Part shown: positions 8,136 to 18,229 of the stretch, in pieces
Layout: each line of letters starts with the position of its first letter
Numbering within the stretch: position 1 is the first letter of the stretch
Virus record (IMG/VR): IMGVR_UViG_3300032259_000510
Span: 1 to 29,045 of that record
Direction: 5' to 3' (one strand)
From: a virus
Lineage: Duplodnaviria > Caudoviricetes
DNA: 29,045 bases
Made by a program: the position numbers and the translations under genes
Notes under the pieces: generated by a model
Told to the model about the DNA's origin: nothing
What the model saw: only the letters and a program-made list of their open reading frames with translations
Databases searched by the model: none

Positions 8136-9771
8136 CAACAGATTAAGCGCAGCATTTAAAGGATTGATGACAGGTAGTACCGGAAGAACGACACAATCTG
8201 GTGTTGACTCAGAATTGCACGAAAATTCAATGGCGGACATCCTTACTATAGATAATAGCAGAAGAGCGAAGTATAAAGATTACATTATGATGGATGATAA
8301 TTACGGACAGGTAATTTCATCCTCGCTTGATGCGGTAGCAGATAATACAGTTCGTATGGACGAACCTATTGATAATCCTATAAAGATAATGTCTGAGTCT
8401 GAGCAGACAGCTACATTTGTGAAAGATTTGTATTCTTATCTCGATATTCGCAACCAACTTTGGACTTGGAGTAGGAGTTTAAGTAAGTTCGGGGATTTAT
8501 TTGTAGAAATAATCTGGGCTTTAGATGGAAGTAATGAGAAATTATCTCATATCGTAGGTTTAAGACCTCTTCCAGCAAGTACTATAATGTTGAATATAAA
8601 TGATAAAGGAGTTCTTAATTTAGAATTTCCTTACAAACAAGAGATTGATGGTGTTACAGTTGCTAAGTTTAAACCATGGCAACTAATCCATTTTATGTTG
8701 AGACGAGAACCTTCAGATGATTATGGGACAAGTTGGTTAAAAGCAGCACGTATTCCACATCGCCAACTTTCTGCTATGGAGAATGCTTTAGTGGTAGCTC
8801 GTTTGAAGAAAATAAGTATGAGAGTACATAAAGTTGATATTACCGGAAAGACCGTAGATCAAGTTCCTGATGCAATCAATGAGTATAAGAAACAATTTAA
8901 GGAGAAACCTTGGATAAACCCAAATACTGGAAAGATGGAGAAGCATAAAACACCTTTATTTGGTAATTCTGACATCTACACCGGCGTTACTCAGGAAGGC
9001 GGCAAGTACGCTGGTATTGATCTTATTGAAGGAAAGAGTGAAATCGATATAGATGATATTCTTTATATTCGTGAGAATTTGCTTACCGCTCTTAAGGTGC
9101 CGAAACATCGTTTGAATATAAATGATATTGGTGGTTCAAATAAACTTGTGTCAAGTGACCAGGGACTTAACTTCAGCGCTTCCATTCAGAGAGTTCAACT
9201 AGCTATTGTGGAAGGTTTAAGCTTCGTTACAGATTTAGCTTTGATTGTTCGTGGTATAAATATAAAAAATCGTAGTAAAGACTATACAATAGCTTTACCA
9301 AAACAAAGAACTGTTGATGAGCTTATAGCTGCCCGTGTAGAGCTTATTAAGTCAACTGTTGTTAAGAATTACAAAGAAATGGGACTATTATCAGATGAGT
9401 ACATTCTTAGTGATATTATGCGCTTAGAGCCAGATCGGGCAGCTAAAGTTATGAAGCAGGTTGAGAAAGCTCGTAAGGAACGTGAAGAACGTGAGAGACA
9501 GAATGCGATAAACAACCCTAACCAAAATGACCAAAATAAGAACGGTGATGATAAAAATAAAACAGGTGCTGAGAAGGACAAGAATTTTAACAAAACAGGA
9601 AAAGGCTCCGCCCCAGTCAGGAGACCTCAAAAAGAAGCAATTAGAAGAGCGTTAGCTGATCCCGAAGTCAAAGAATTGGTTAACGATGTTAACGAATTAA
9701 TGAAGAATCAAAGAGTTTACGGAAACAAAAGATTCAACATGGACTTCATAGAAAAAGAAATTCTTAAGTAG
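8122..9771 (+). CDS. Portal protein (T4 gp20-like)
   Basis: ISSSLDAVAD, RSLSKFGDLFVEI, YGTSWLKAARIPHRQLSAMENALVVARL, IDDILYIRENLLTALKVPK, FSASIQRVQ; position after terminase. Confidence 0.9.
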   Translation: MATLSNRLSAAFKGLMTGSTGRTTQSGVDSELHENSMADILTIDNSRRAKYKDYIMMDDNYGQVISSSLDAVADNTVRMDEPIDNPIKIMSESEQTATFVKDLYSYLDIRNQLWTWSRSLSKFGDLFVEIIWALDGSNEKLSHIVGLRPLPASTIMLNINDKGVLNLEFPYKQEIDGVTVAKFKPWQLIHFMLRREPSDDYGTSWLKAARIPHRQLSAMENALVVARLKKISMRVHKVDITGKTVDQVPDAINEYKKQFKEKPWINPNTGKMEKHKTPLFGNSDIYTGVTQEGGKYAGIDLIEGKSEIDIDDILYIRENLLTALKVPKHRLNINDIGGSNKLVSSDQGLNFSASIQRVQLAIVEGLSFVTDLALIVRGINIKNRSKDYTIALPKQRTVDELIAARVELIKSTVVKNYKEMGLLSDEYILSDIMRLEPDRAAKVMKQVEKARKEREERERQNAINNPNQNDQNKNGDDKNKTGAEKDKNFNKTGKGSAPVRRPQKEAIRRALADPEVKELVNDVNELMKNQRVYGNKRFNMDFIEKEILK

Positions 9772-9783
9772 TGGAGGCCAGGT

Positions 9784-10092
9784 ATGAATGATGCCGAGAA
9801 AGAACTTATTGAAACTAAATTTAGTGGATTAGCTGAGCTATTTGAAGTAAAACTAAGCGCTTCGGTGGAAGCCATTTGTGAAAAAGTAAATGATATAGAT
9901 GGTAAATTCACTGCTACTAAACAGACTATAGATGAACATGTTGACTGGCATAACAACCTTAACAAAAAGATTGTAAGTTGCACTGTTAAGACTATTTTTA
10001 TTGTATTGGCGCTTACGGTAGTTACAACCCTTGTACTAGGATTTAAAGATGGTTTTATACCAGCAGCTTTAGCAAAAATGATAGGACCATAG
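9784..10092 (+). CDS. Small protein with a helical N-terminus and one C-terminal transmembrane segment
   Basis: GGAGG RBS; hydrophobic TIFIVLALTVVTTLVLGF. Function unknown (holin-like size and topology only). Confidence 0.65.
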   Translation: MNDAEKELIETKFSGLAELFEVKLSASVEAICEKVNDIDGKFTATKQTIDEHVDWHNNLNKKIVSCTVKTIFIVLALTVVTTLVLGFKDGFIPAALAKMIGP

Positions 10093-10093
10093 A

Positions 10094-10687
10094 ATGCCTA
10101 AGATAACAGTTAGAAGGGGTAATTTAGATAAATTATTTAAGGTTTGTACAAAGTGTAAGAAAGAATTGCATATTTGTTGTTTTTATAAAGACTCATCTAA
10201 AAAAGATGGGTTACGTTCGAGTTGTTGTGATTGCAAAGCTAAAACAGATAGAGAGTATACTCTTAAAAATAAGAAGAAAGTATTGTTAAAAAAAGCAGAG
10301 TATCGTAATAGTCATAGAGAAGAATTAAAAAAGCAAAATAACATTAGGTATCATTCTTTAGATAAGAATGCAGAAAATAAAAGACGTTTGCAACATAATA
10401 AAGACAACCCAAAAAAGAGACAAGAAGTTGTAGCTGTTAGTTTCTCAAATAAAAGAGCTAAAGATTTTAAGATAGAAGGAAAATTAACAGTTGAACAATG
10501 GAGGGATATTAAACGTAAATTTTTCTATAAGTGTTTATGCTGTGGAAAACAAGAACCAGACATCGATTTAACTATAGATCATATTGTACCTTTAATTAAA
10601 GGTGGTTTGAATACAAGTATTAATATTCAACCTCTTTGCGGGTACTGTAATAAATCTAAAGGGGATAAGGAAATTAGTTATGCCTAA
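10094..10687 (+). CDS. HNH endonuclease with N-terminal zinc finger (free-standing homing endonuclease)
   Basis: KVCTKCKK...FYKDSSKKDGLRSSCCDC and CLCCG...LTIDHIVPLIKGGLNTSINIQPLCGYCNKSKG. Confidence 0.92.
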   Translation: MPKITVRRGNLDKLFKVCTKCKKELHICCFYKDSSKKDGLRSSCCDCKAKTDREYTLKNKKKVLLKKAEYRNSHREELKKQNNIRYHSLDKNAENKRRLQHNKDNPKKRQEVVAVSFSNKRAKDFKIEGKLTVEQWRDIKRKFFYKCLCCGKQEPDIDLTIDHIVPLIKGGLNTSINIQPLCGYCNKSKGDKEISYA

Positions 10688-11495
10688 AATAGTGGTTAAA
10701 CGAGGGAATCTGGATGAACACGATCCCTGGTTACGTCATCGGCTAGCCTATAACATGGGTTTGTGGGATTTTTCTTATATTTATGCTGTGAATACAATGG
10801 ATATCGATCAGCATATTGAAGGTATTAAAACTTTTGAGAACTTTCCTGTAGTCCCAGTTGGGTTTCCTGTGGAGGATACTCAGGCTGCAAATAAGTTTTA
10901 CGTAGACTATATAAGTAAGTATAACGTTACATTTGAGAATTTGTCTTCTAATGGTGATGTAGGTCCAGGTGCAGACCAAGTAGCTGCTGGGGATCACGGT
11001 CATGTTAATTTACCATCAGATGATCAAAAGGACGCATTGGATACAGCACAGTTTCCATCTGCGTCAAACCCGTTTACTACATGGAGTGTTTTTTCAATAC
11101 ACGCAAATAGACATGAAGCGGGGGGTCCTGATGAGATTAGTCTTACTGGGTTAGTCGGCGGACCTATTACTATAAATGGTATGCGTGTTAAAGTTACTAA
11201 TGTGAATTATACACCATATACAGTAGTAGATACCGATGTTCATGTTTCTGTTGATACTTCTAGTTTAGCTATCGTAATTGCGTTACCTATTATCACGAGC
11301 GTGAACCATGGGCAGCGGTATACAGTGAAAGATGGCGGAGGTAATGCCAGCACAAATAATATTTTCATTACACCATCAGGAAGTGACGAAGTCGATAATG
11401 GTGGAGCCGGAATTAGTTTTGATTTGATAGCAGACAATGAAGTCGTTGATGTTATAGCAAATAATACTACTAAAAATTGGGAGATAGGACCATAA
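10680..11495 (+). CDS. Putative virion fibre/decoration protein
   Basis: AANKFYVD, DHGH and HANRHEAGGPDEI motifs plus a C-terminal YTV..TD....VDT......IALP...G..YTVKD..GNA.TNNI domain typical of phage fibre proteins. Confidence 0.6.
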   Translation: MPKIVVKRGNLDEHDPWLRHRLAYNMGLWDFSYIYAVNTMDIDQHIEGIKTFENFPVVPVGFPVEDTQAANKFYVDYISKYNVTFENLSSNGDVGPGADQVAAGDHGHVNLPSDDQKDALDTAQFPSASNPFTTWSVFSIHANRHEAGGPDEISLTGLVGGPITINGMRVKVTNVNYTPYTVVDTDVHVSVDTSSLAIVIALPIITSVNHGQRYTVKDGGGNASTNNIFITPSGSDEVDNGGAGISFDLIADNEVVDVIANNTTKNWEIGP

Positions 11496-12964
11496 TGAGC
11501 TTATTAAGAGAGATATACACAAACAAATCAAACGGCACACCAAAATCATTTACTAAGCAAATGAAAGTCGGACAAAGATTTAATATAGTAAAAGGACAAC
11601 TAAATAAATTAAAGGTTCGCCCTAATATTCTTAACGAGCACGTTGAGAGTAGTAGAGAGCTTATGAGCACAATCACATCAAGCAATATAGTCGGGCAAGT
11701 GTTTAAAGCTAGTCAGGACAACATTAATGGTATATTATTAACATTAGAGAGTGCTGCTGGTTCTGATATAGATAACTTTGAGAGTTATGTAACTGACGGT
11801 GATTTACAAGCTGTATGGGTAGAGAGCGGAACAGGCCCCGCTACCATAGAAACCACTATTATTAACGAGGGTCTTCAGTCAATGAAGATGCCAGGTGAGA
11901 CAAATGGTGACACCTGGATAAAAACTATATCATCTTCTGACTTTACGAATTTTACATTCTCTTTTCCTTGGTATCAAGACAAGGAATATAATAAAATGAA
12001 ATTTGAGTTTATCCTGAGTGATGGAGTAGCTATATTAAGTTTCCCTCTCACCATAACTCAGCATAATCAATGGACTCAGTTTGAGGTTGATATAAATGCT
12101 ATGACAGATAGTGGAGTTACAGATAAGACCGCTATAACTTCTGTTGGGTTTCGTGTGCTAGACAGAGAAGGTGGTTTCTCCGCTTATGTTGATAATATGG
12201 TGGCAACCCCACAACCAGGAAGTATACAGGTTAAACTATGGGATTGTGGAGATACCTTACCTGTAGCTGATGGAGCAAGCTTCGATTTAACTAATGATGC
12301 TACTCAAAATACTGAATTAGGTGACTTGGGAATTGGTGGGACATTAGCTTCTGAAATAAATCTTTATCTAAGAGGAGGTCAGAGACTGTACCATTTAGAA
12401 GATTTCATAACAGGAGTAGCTTCTGAACACCCAAGTAATAATACTCTTACTGTTGGTAATTATTACGCACTTACGCTACATTATGTAGACACTAATGTAT
12501 CAGTATATGGTCCTGATACAACATATAGTATAAACTACTATCAGAACGGGTATGCCTTTTATACTTCAGCAGAGGGTGTAGATATAACTAAAATAGCCGG
12601 AGCAGCAGGGAGTGGTGCATATTCTGATTTGATGTTCGGTATATTTAGTGTTCAAGACATTTATTTACTTGGTTATCATCTACACTTTAATGCGGAAGCA
12701 GGAGGAGCAGCCTCAACAGGGGCTTTAGCCGATTGGCTCGCATTTGTAGAGGACTCTAATATGAATATAGAGTCTGTAATGACTACTCACGGGGGTCATG
12801 CGATAATAGATGGAGATTATCACGAGGAGTTCGATTGGAAACCACCCCCATTGGAGAAAGGTGGAAAATTTGAAATTTATTATAACGATGACTTTACCGA
12901 TAATGTCGCTGGTGTAGAACTTGAATTTTTCTATTTGTATGCATCACCAGATGTTAATGGTTAA
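11495..12964 (+). CDS. Acidic beta-rich putative virion protein with a carbohydrate-binding-module-like domain
   Basis: ATG overlaps the upstream TAA (TAATG). IDNFESY...W...EGLQSMKM...WTQFEVD...ITSVGF...YVDNM resembles a CBM-type jelly roll. Confidence 0.5.
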   Translation: MSLLREIYTNKSNGTPKSFTKQMKVGQRFNIVKGQLNKLKVRPNILNEHVESSRELMSTITSSNIVGQVFKASQDNINGILLTLESAAGSDIDNFESYVTDGDLQAVWVESGTGPATIETTIINEGLQSMKMPGETNGDTWIKTISSSDFTNFTFSFPWYQDKEYNKMKFEFILSDGVAILSFPLTITQHNQWTQFEVDINAMTDSGVTDKTAITSVGFRVLDREGGFSAYVDNMVATPQPGSIQVKLWDCGDTLPVADGASFDLTNDATQNTELGDLGIGGTLASEINLYLRGGQRLYHLEDFITGVASEHPSNNTLTVGNYYALTLHYVDTNVSVYGPDTTYSINYYQNGYAFYTSAEGVDITKIAGAAGSGAYSDLMFGIFSVQDIYLLGYHLHFNAEAGGAASTGALADWLAFVEDSNMNIESVMTTHGGHAIIDGDYHEEFDWKPPPLEKGGKFEIYYNDDFTDNVAGVELEFFYLYASPDVNG

Positions 12965-12987
12965 TAAAATATTGAGGTGAAGATATT

Positions 12988-13497
12988 ATGGCTTTAATAC
13001 CAAATATAGAGAATTTAACTATCGTTACCCAGAATGTTATTCCTGATTTAGCGGAAGACGCTTATCTGGACCAGGCTATGATTCTGGCAGGCGGTTCACC
13101 GGCTGTACCGGATACTGAGTACACTGTGTCAGGTAAGACCATAACTTGGGATGAAGTTGCTGCCGGTTATAATTTGGAAGTTGGGGAAGTAGTGACTGTA
13201 GACTATACTTACGATGACCACACAGTAGGTGCCGGAGGAACCGGCGGGGTATATGATGCCACAGACCCAGGGCAGAATCCAGTTACAACAGACTATGATC
13301 TTATAGTTATTATCCAAAATACCGTACCAAACCTTATTCATACTCCTGTTGCAAATTCTTTTACTTTGAAAGTAAACGGAGTTTTAAAAACTGAAGGTGT
13401 AGACTGGACTCGTAGTGGTAGAAATGTTACCTGGATTTCTGGGTCCACTTTAGTTGTGGGTGATGTTGTTACATATGCTTATAGAGTACCAGCATAG
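12988..13497 (+). CDS. Putative virion protein with two repeated beta-sandwich units
   Basis: GAGGTG RBS; internal repeat EYTVSGKTITW...LEVGEVVTVDY / DWTRSGRNVTW...LVVGDVVTYAY. Confidence 0.6.
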   Translation: MALIPNIENLTIVTQNVIPDLAEDAYLDQAMILAGGSPAVPDTEYTVSGKTITWDEVAAGYNLEVGEVVTVDYTYDDHTVGAGGTGGVYDATDPGQNPVTTDYDLIVIIQNTVPNLIHTPVANSFTLKVNGVLKTEGVDWTRSGRNVTWISGSTLVVGDVVTYAYRVPA

Positions 13498-13507
13498 AGA
13501 GGTTAAT

Positions 13508-13945
13508 ATGAAATTTCGTTTTAAAATATTTCTTTTATTATTTATACTTATTGTCGGGAGTCCATGTATAGTTAATGCTAAATTTGGGTCTAATAAGAGA
13601 CCTGAAACTAAAAAAGATGCAGCTATGATTACGACTCGTGGGGCAATATTCCTAAATAAGAAAATTGGGCAAAAGTATCTTAAAAAGTATGATTACGTTG
13701 ATGTTACTTATTCTTACGCTAAAAGCGTCCTGGTCATTAAGCCAGTGAAAAGGGTCAGTAAGAATTCCCTTCGTGTTCACCGTACTCGAAAAGGTAAGAT
13801 AATTGTTATTATTAAGAAAAATTTCTTGAGAAACATAGGAGCAAGTGTACCTAATAAAGCGTATTTTAATAGTGTCTGGAATTCAGGTACTAAAGCTATT
13901 GAGATCGATTATACGAAACCCGTTACTCGTGAGAGTTTAGAATAG
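13508..13945 (+). CDS. Basic protein with a signal-peptide-like N-terminus
   Basis: ATG 13508 after GAGGT; MKFRFKIFLLLFILIVGSPCIVNA followed by a Lys/Arg-rich beta-rich body. Confidence 0.65.
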   Translation: MKFRFKIFLLLFILIVGSPCIVNAKFGSNKRPETKKDAAMITTRGAIFLNKKIGQKYLKKYDYVDVTYSYAKSVLVIKPVKRVSKNSLRVHRTRKGKIIVIIKKNFLRNIGASVPNKAYFNSVWNSGTKAIEIDYTKPVTRESLE

Positions 13946-13955
13946 GACTTAGATT

Positions 13956-15419
13956 ATGAATAAAAATAAAATAACGAAGATCAGTTTAATATTAGCTTTG
14001 ACAATAAGCTTTTTGTCATATCCTCCTTTATCATATGGTAAAGTTAAAGAAAAGGCTATTTTATATAATGCCGCTACTGGGCATGACCATGATGGAAGCA
14101 CAGGAGGGAAAATAGTTGATTCTGGTGATATCATGAATACTCCTGCTGGAAATATAGCAGCAACAGATACCCAAGCTGCTATTGATGAATTGGACTCCGA
14201 AAAAATTGCTTCATCTGAGAAAGGTGCTATTAATGGTGTCGCCTCATTAGATGGAAGTGCAGAAGTATTAGCAATCCAATTACCGGCTATTGCTATCACG
14301 GACGTAAATGTTTGCGGTTCACAGGTTTGTCAATTGGCTTTAACTGCTGAAGAAGGAGACATTTGTGTAAGAACAGACGAAGACAAGTCCTATATTCATA
14401 ATGGAGGAATAGTAGGGGACATGACAGACTGGACTTTGTTGCTGTCTACGGGCTTAGTAACATCTATACAAAGTCAAATCGGGGATGTCACATTGGACCA
14501 CTCAGACCTAAATAACATAGGTGCAGATAATCACCATACGCAAACAACTTCGTTTGCGACTTTAGTTGATAGTGCAACTGACGCTCAAATCCCGAATGAT
14601 ATCACTATTGATTACTCAACCTCGTCTGGGGACTCAGACACTGTTGATAGTAAGCACTTTATCGATATTCAAGCAGACACCACTTCTCAAATATCTTCTC
14701 ATGTTTCTTCAGCATCAGCACATCATTCTTCTACTTCAGATAGTTTATCTCTAACCCCATCTCTTATAACGATAGTAAAACCCCTGGCAGGAAATAACGC
14801 AATTGATTTAAGTGTAACAGGGGATAGTGGTATTAGACTATCCATATCTGGTGGTGGTACACTATGGTTTGGAGACGGAACAAGCCCTGTAGACACAAAT
14901 ATCTACAGGGCTTCTGCGAATGTATTAAAGACTGATGATACATTTACAGTAGCAGGAGTTGCTTCAACGATTACCTACGCTACTACCACTAAAGCTATAA
15001 CTATCCCAGGAGCGGGTGGTTTTGTTCCAACCACAAGCAACGGTGTGGCTGTAGCATCTAATGCTATAACATCTAATGCTATATCTACAACTAATTACGC
15101 TGTTGCAGGAATTAATCTTCCTGTAGGAGCTACAGTTACAAGGCTGGACGTTTATGGCTTTACAAACGATTCTGGTGATACTTGTACAATGATTTTGGAT
15201 TCCAGAGATTCTGCTGGTGCTAGTACTTCATTAGCGTCTTGCACCTTTGCAGATGGAGTGGATTCTTGTAATGATACTTCTATTAGTAATGCTACAATAG
15301 ATTCTAGTAGAGGCTATCATCTTGTAGCAGATATGTCTTCAGATGAGAGTGCAGGACAAGCAGGAGTATATTATGTTAAAATAACCTATACAGTAACTAA
15401 TGTAGGACAAACATTATAG
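13956..15419 (+). CDS. Fibre-like putative virion protein with a signal-peptide-like N-terminus
   Basis: MNKNKITKISLILALTISFLSYPPLSYG, then fibre motifs GHDHDG, ATDTQAAIDEL, KGAINGVASLD, AEEGDICVRTD, HSDLNNIGADNHH, DTNIYRASANVLKTDD, LPVGATVT. Confidence 0.65.
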   Translation: MNKNKITKISLILALTISFLSYPPLSYGKVKEKAILYNAATGHDHDGSTGGKIVDSGDIMNTPAGNIAATDTQAAIDELDSEKIASSEKGAINGVASLDGSAEVLAIQLPAIAITDVNVCGSQVCQLALTAEEGDICVRTDEDKSYIHNGGIVGDMTDWTLLLSTGLVTSIQSQIGDVTLDHSDLNNIGADNHHTQTTSFATLVDSATDAQIPNDITIDYSTSSGDSDTVDSKHFIDIQADTTSQISSHVSSASAHHSSTSDSLSLTPSLITIVKPLAGNNAIDLSVTGDSGIRLSISGGGTLWFGDGTSPVDTNIYRASANVLKTDDTFTVAGVASTITYATTTKAITIPGAGGFVPTTSNGVAVASNAITSNAISTTNYAVAGINLPVGATVTRLDVYGFTNDSGDTCTMILDSRDSAGASTSLASCTFADGVDSCNDTSISNATIDSSRGYHLVADMSSDESAGQAGVYYVKITYTVTNVGQTL

Positions 15420-15432
15420 AAAGGTTTTAAAT

Positions 15433-16341
15433 GTGTCAAGTTTTAGAATTAATGCAGTGGGGGATAATAATGGTCCCTCTATTTTTGGAAAAAGACTTAA
15501 AGAAGGCTTAGAGAGAAGAGGTTGGAACTTTAACGATAATCCAGACGTGAATATAATTTTTGCTAAAGGTCCTTACCTACAAGGAAAGCTAAATATTCTT
15601 AGGTTAGATAATATTTATTTTGATTCGGAGAATACGATAGGAGATACTGATAGGTTGAATGCTCCTATAAAACAAGCGTATAATATGTTTGACAGAATCG
15701 TGTTCCAAAGTGAATTCGCTGTAGAACAATATAAAAATCATTTAGGTCCAATAAAAGTTCCTTATAAAGTGATCTATAATGGTGTACCTACTACTTTCTG
15801 TAAAGAAGGCGGAGGTATTGATTTTGGGTTCGTAAAAACGTTTATGTGTTCTGCTGATTGGAGAACACATAAACGTTTGGAACCTGTAATAGAGGCATTC
15901 AAATGTCTTGACAAAAATCTTAACTACGGATTGGTTATTTTCGGGAATTGCAAGCATAAAGACCCTCATCCAAATATCAGGTATCCAGGCAAGATTCATC
16001 ATACAGAATTACCACATTACATGAAAAATATAGACGCAGGTATTCATATCTCTTGGTTAGACTGTAGCCCAAATGTGGTCTACGAGATGCTGGCCTGCGG
16101 TATGCCAGTTCTTTGCAGTCATAATGGTGGGACAAAGGAGATTGTGAAAGATGATGGCATCGTCTTAAAGCTTGAAGAAGACTATAAATATAATAGGGTG
16201 CCTTTGTATAAACCCCCTCAGCCTGATATGGATACTTTATACTGGGGAATGCAGGAAATATTAAGAAAGAAAGTCAGTGATCGTCCTGATTTATATATGA
16301 ATCGTGTAGTGGACGAATACATTAATTTTATAACGAGTTAA
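15433..16341 (+). CDS. Glycosyltransferase, GT-B fold (GT4-like)
   Basis: IVFQSEF, VIYNGV, HKRLE, DCSPNVVYEMLACGMPV...GGTKEIV (D-x7-E variant of the GT4 motif). Confidence 0.9.
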   Translation: MSSFRINAVGDNNGPSIFGKRLKEGLERRGWNFNDNPDVNIIFAKGPYLQGKLNILRLDNIYFDSENTIGDTDRLNAPIKQAYNMFDRIVFQSEFAVEQYKNHLGPIKVPYKVIYNGVPTTFCKEGGGIDFGFVKTFMCSADWRTHKRLEPVIEAFKCLDKNLNYGLVIFGNCKHKDPHPNIRYPGKIHHTELPHYMKNIDAGIHISWLDCSPNVVYEMLACGMPVLCSHNGGTKEIVKDDGIVLKLEEDYKYNRVPLYKPPQPDMDTLYWGMQEILRKKVSDRPDLYMNRVVDEYINFITS

Positions 16342-16353
16342 ACGAGGTTTATT

Positions 16354-16926
16354 ATGAAAGAATTTGATAAATATGATAACAATGGGGCGTATCACATCGA
16401 TTGGTTTCGTACCAACAAACATGGGTACAGAAATCATCTTAACAGAATATTGAAGGAATTCACCGGCTGTAAAGCAAAAAGTATTCTGGATATTGGTTGT
16501 GGTGAAGGTCTGTTGGCTAAACTTCTTCTTAAGAAAGGCGTTACTCAGAAAGTATTTGGCATAGATACTAGCAAGAAAGCTATTGAGTTAGGGAAAGACT
16601 TGTATGAGAATTCTTGTAAGACACAGAGGATGGACCTAAAGTGCCAGTCTTATGTGAGTATGAATAAGCGGAGAAAATTCGATTATATAGTATGCAGTGA
16701 GGTCATTGAGCATGTTGATAACCCTGAACTTTTTCTTCGTAAAATGAAAAATATGATCAGGGAGTGGGCGATAATAACCACACCCAACTCAGACCATATT
16801 ACCCCAGGAAAATACGATAAACAACTTTTCAATCAAGCTGCATTAAAAGAAGTGCTTCAAAAGATTGGAGCCTCCTACGAATTTTTAGAAGTAGGTGAAA
16901 CTATTGTATTTAAGATAATTAAGTAA
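16354..16926 (+). CDS. Class I SAM-dependent methyltransferase
   Basis: ILDIGCGEG, GIDTS, FDYIVCSEVIEHV, IITTPN. Confidence 0.92.
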   Translation: MKEFDKYDNNGAYHIDWFRTNKHGYRNHLNRILKEFTGCKAKSILDIGCGEGLLAKLLLKKGVTQKVFGIDTSKKAIELGKDLYENSCKTQRMDLKCQSYVSMNKRRKFDYIVCSEVIEHVDNPELFLRKMKNMIREWAIITTPNSDHITPGKYDKQLFNQAALKEVLQKIGASYEFLEVGETIVFKIIK

Positions 16927-16938
16927 GCAGGTTTTCAT

Positions 16939-17703
16939 ATGAAATTAGGAGCCATTGTAAGAAGCTGCGGGGAGCGAACCGAGCGCCTTTGTATTGATTC
17001 TTTAAAAAATGAACTATACAAAGGCGATATCAAAATAATTCGTAATGTCTACCCTTTTAAGGAAACCTTAAAGCGGTGCTACAGTACAGCTATCCAGGAG
17101 AAATTTGATTGGTATCTTTGTGTTGATGCCGACATGATTATGATAAGAGGATGGCGAGAATTATTGGAGACTCGTTTACGTTTTTTAGGAGATAAGATAG
17201 AGACTGAAAAAATATGGGAGCTTAACTTTAAACTTGAAGATGTAGTTGACCCTAACCCTATTGGTGATCTACGTATTATAAATAACAAATACAGCAATGA
17301 ACTACTTTACTCTTATAAACAAGTGAAAGACTCTGTTAAACCGGAGGCTGCTATTTGCAGCAATATAATAAAACGGCTAAAAGTGACGAGAGCAATTTTT
17401 AGAAATATTATAGCATACCATGGTTTTGACCAATATAAGCGAGATGTATTTAATCGTTTCTATATACGAGCTTGTAGGGATACTTCTTATGTAAGAAAAA
17501 GAGGTTTGTTTACAGAACCTTTATCAGACACAGATAATATAGCTAAAGCTGGTTGGGACTATGGGATAGAACATCGTGAAGCTAAAAGTTTGGATGCGAG
17601 TAAAAAGATCGATATTACGAAACTAAAGTATAAAGAGCTTCCACCTTTAGATATAGATTTGAATTGTTTTTATAGAATGAGGGATGGAGAAGATGTTACA
17701 TAA
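16939..17703 (+). CDS. Putative glycosyltransferase, GT-A fold
   Basis: N-terminal Rossmann-like segment and a DxD motif in DWYLCVDADM; glycosylation-cluster context. Confidence 0.65.
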   Translation: MKLGAIVRSCGERTERLCIDSLKNELYKGDIKIIRNVYPFKETLKRCYSTAIQEKFDWYLCVDADMIMIRGWRELLETRLRFLGDKIETEKIWELNFKLEDVVDPNPIGDLRIINNKYSNELLYSYKQVKDSVKPEAAICSNIIKRLKVTRAIFRNIIAYHGFDQYKRDVFNRFYIRACRDTSYVRKRGLFTEPLSDTDNIAKAGWDYGIEHREAKSLDASKKIDITKLKYKELPPLDIDLNCFYRMRDGEDVT

Positions 17704-18229
17704 AATCGGGGGGAGATTTTCTTTAAAAGATGTTAAAGAGAAACATTTAAGTTTCTTACACAATTTTCGTTCATCCGGTATTCGGAAATGGTTTTTTGAT
17801 AATCGTGTAATTACTTGGCCTCAGCACTTGACATGGTATTCAAAGTATGTTAAAAACTACGATAGACTCTTTGTAATATTTGACCATGAAGTACAAGTCT
17901 ATATAGGTACTGTTGGCTTTATTGATTATCAGAAAGAACACCGAATAATTGAATTCGGTAGATTCGGGATAAATAGTCGAAAGCATCTGGGCAAAGGATA
18001 CGGTACTTTAATATTACAAAGTCTTTTTGACCATGTTTTTACGTCATCTAAAATTGAAGCAATTGTATGTGATGTAATTGCTGAAAATAAGATAGTTGGC
18101 TTATATGTTAAACTTGGCTTTGTTGTTAATGGTTTTGAGGAAAATTACGAATGTTATCCAGGACGAACAGTAAACAAAGTCAGCATGATTTTATCGAAAG
18201 AGAAATTTTATGAAGACAATAGGAATTGA
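17684..18229 (+). CDS. GNAT acetyltransferase (PseH/RimL-like, probably a sugar N-acetyltransferase)
   Basis: IRKWFF..RVITWPQHLTWY, YIGTVG, EFGRF, HLGKGYG acetyl-CoA loop, N...GLYVKLGF. Confidence 0.8.
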   Translation: MEKMLHKIGGRFSLKDVKEKHLSFLHNFRSSGIRKWFFDNRVITWPQHLTWYSKYVKNYDRLFVIFDHEVQVYIGTVGFIDYQKEHRIIEFGRFGINSRKHLGKGYGTLILQSLFDHVFTSSKIEAIVCDVIAENKIVGLYVKLGFVVNGFEENYECYPGRTVNKVSMILSKEKFYEDNRN

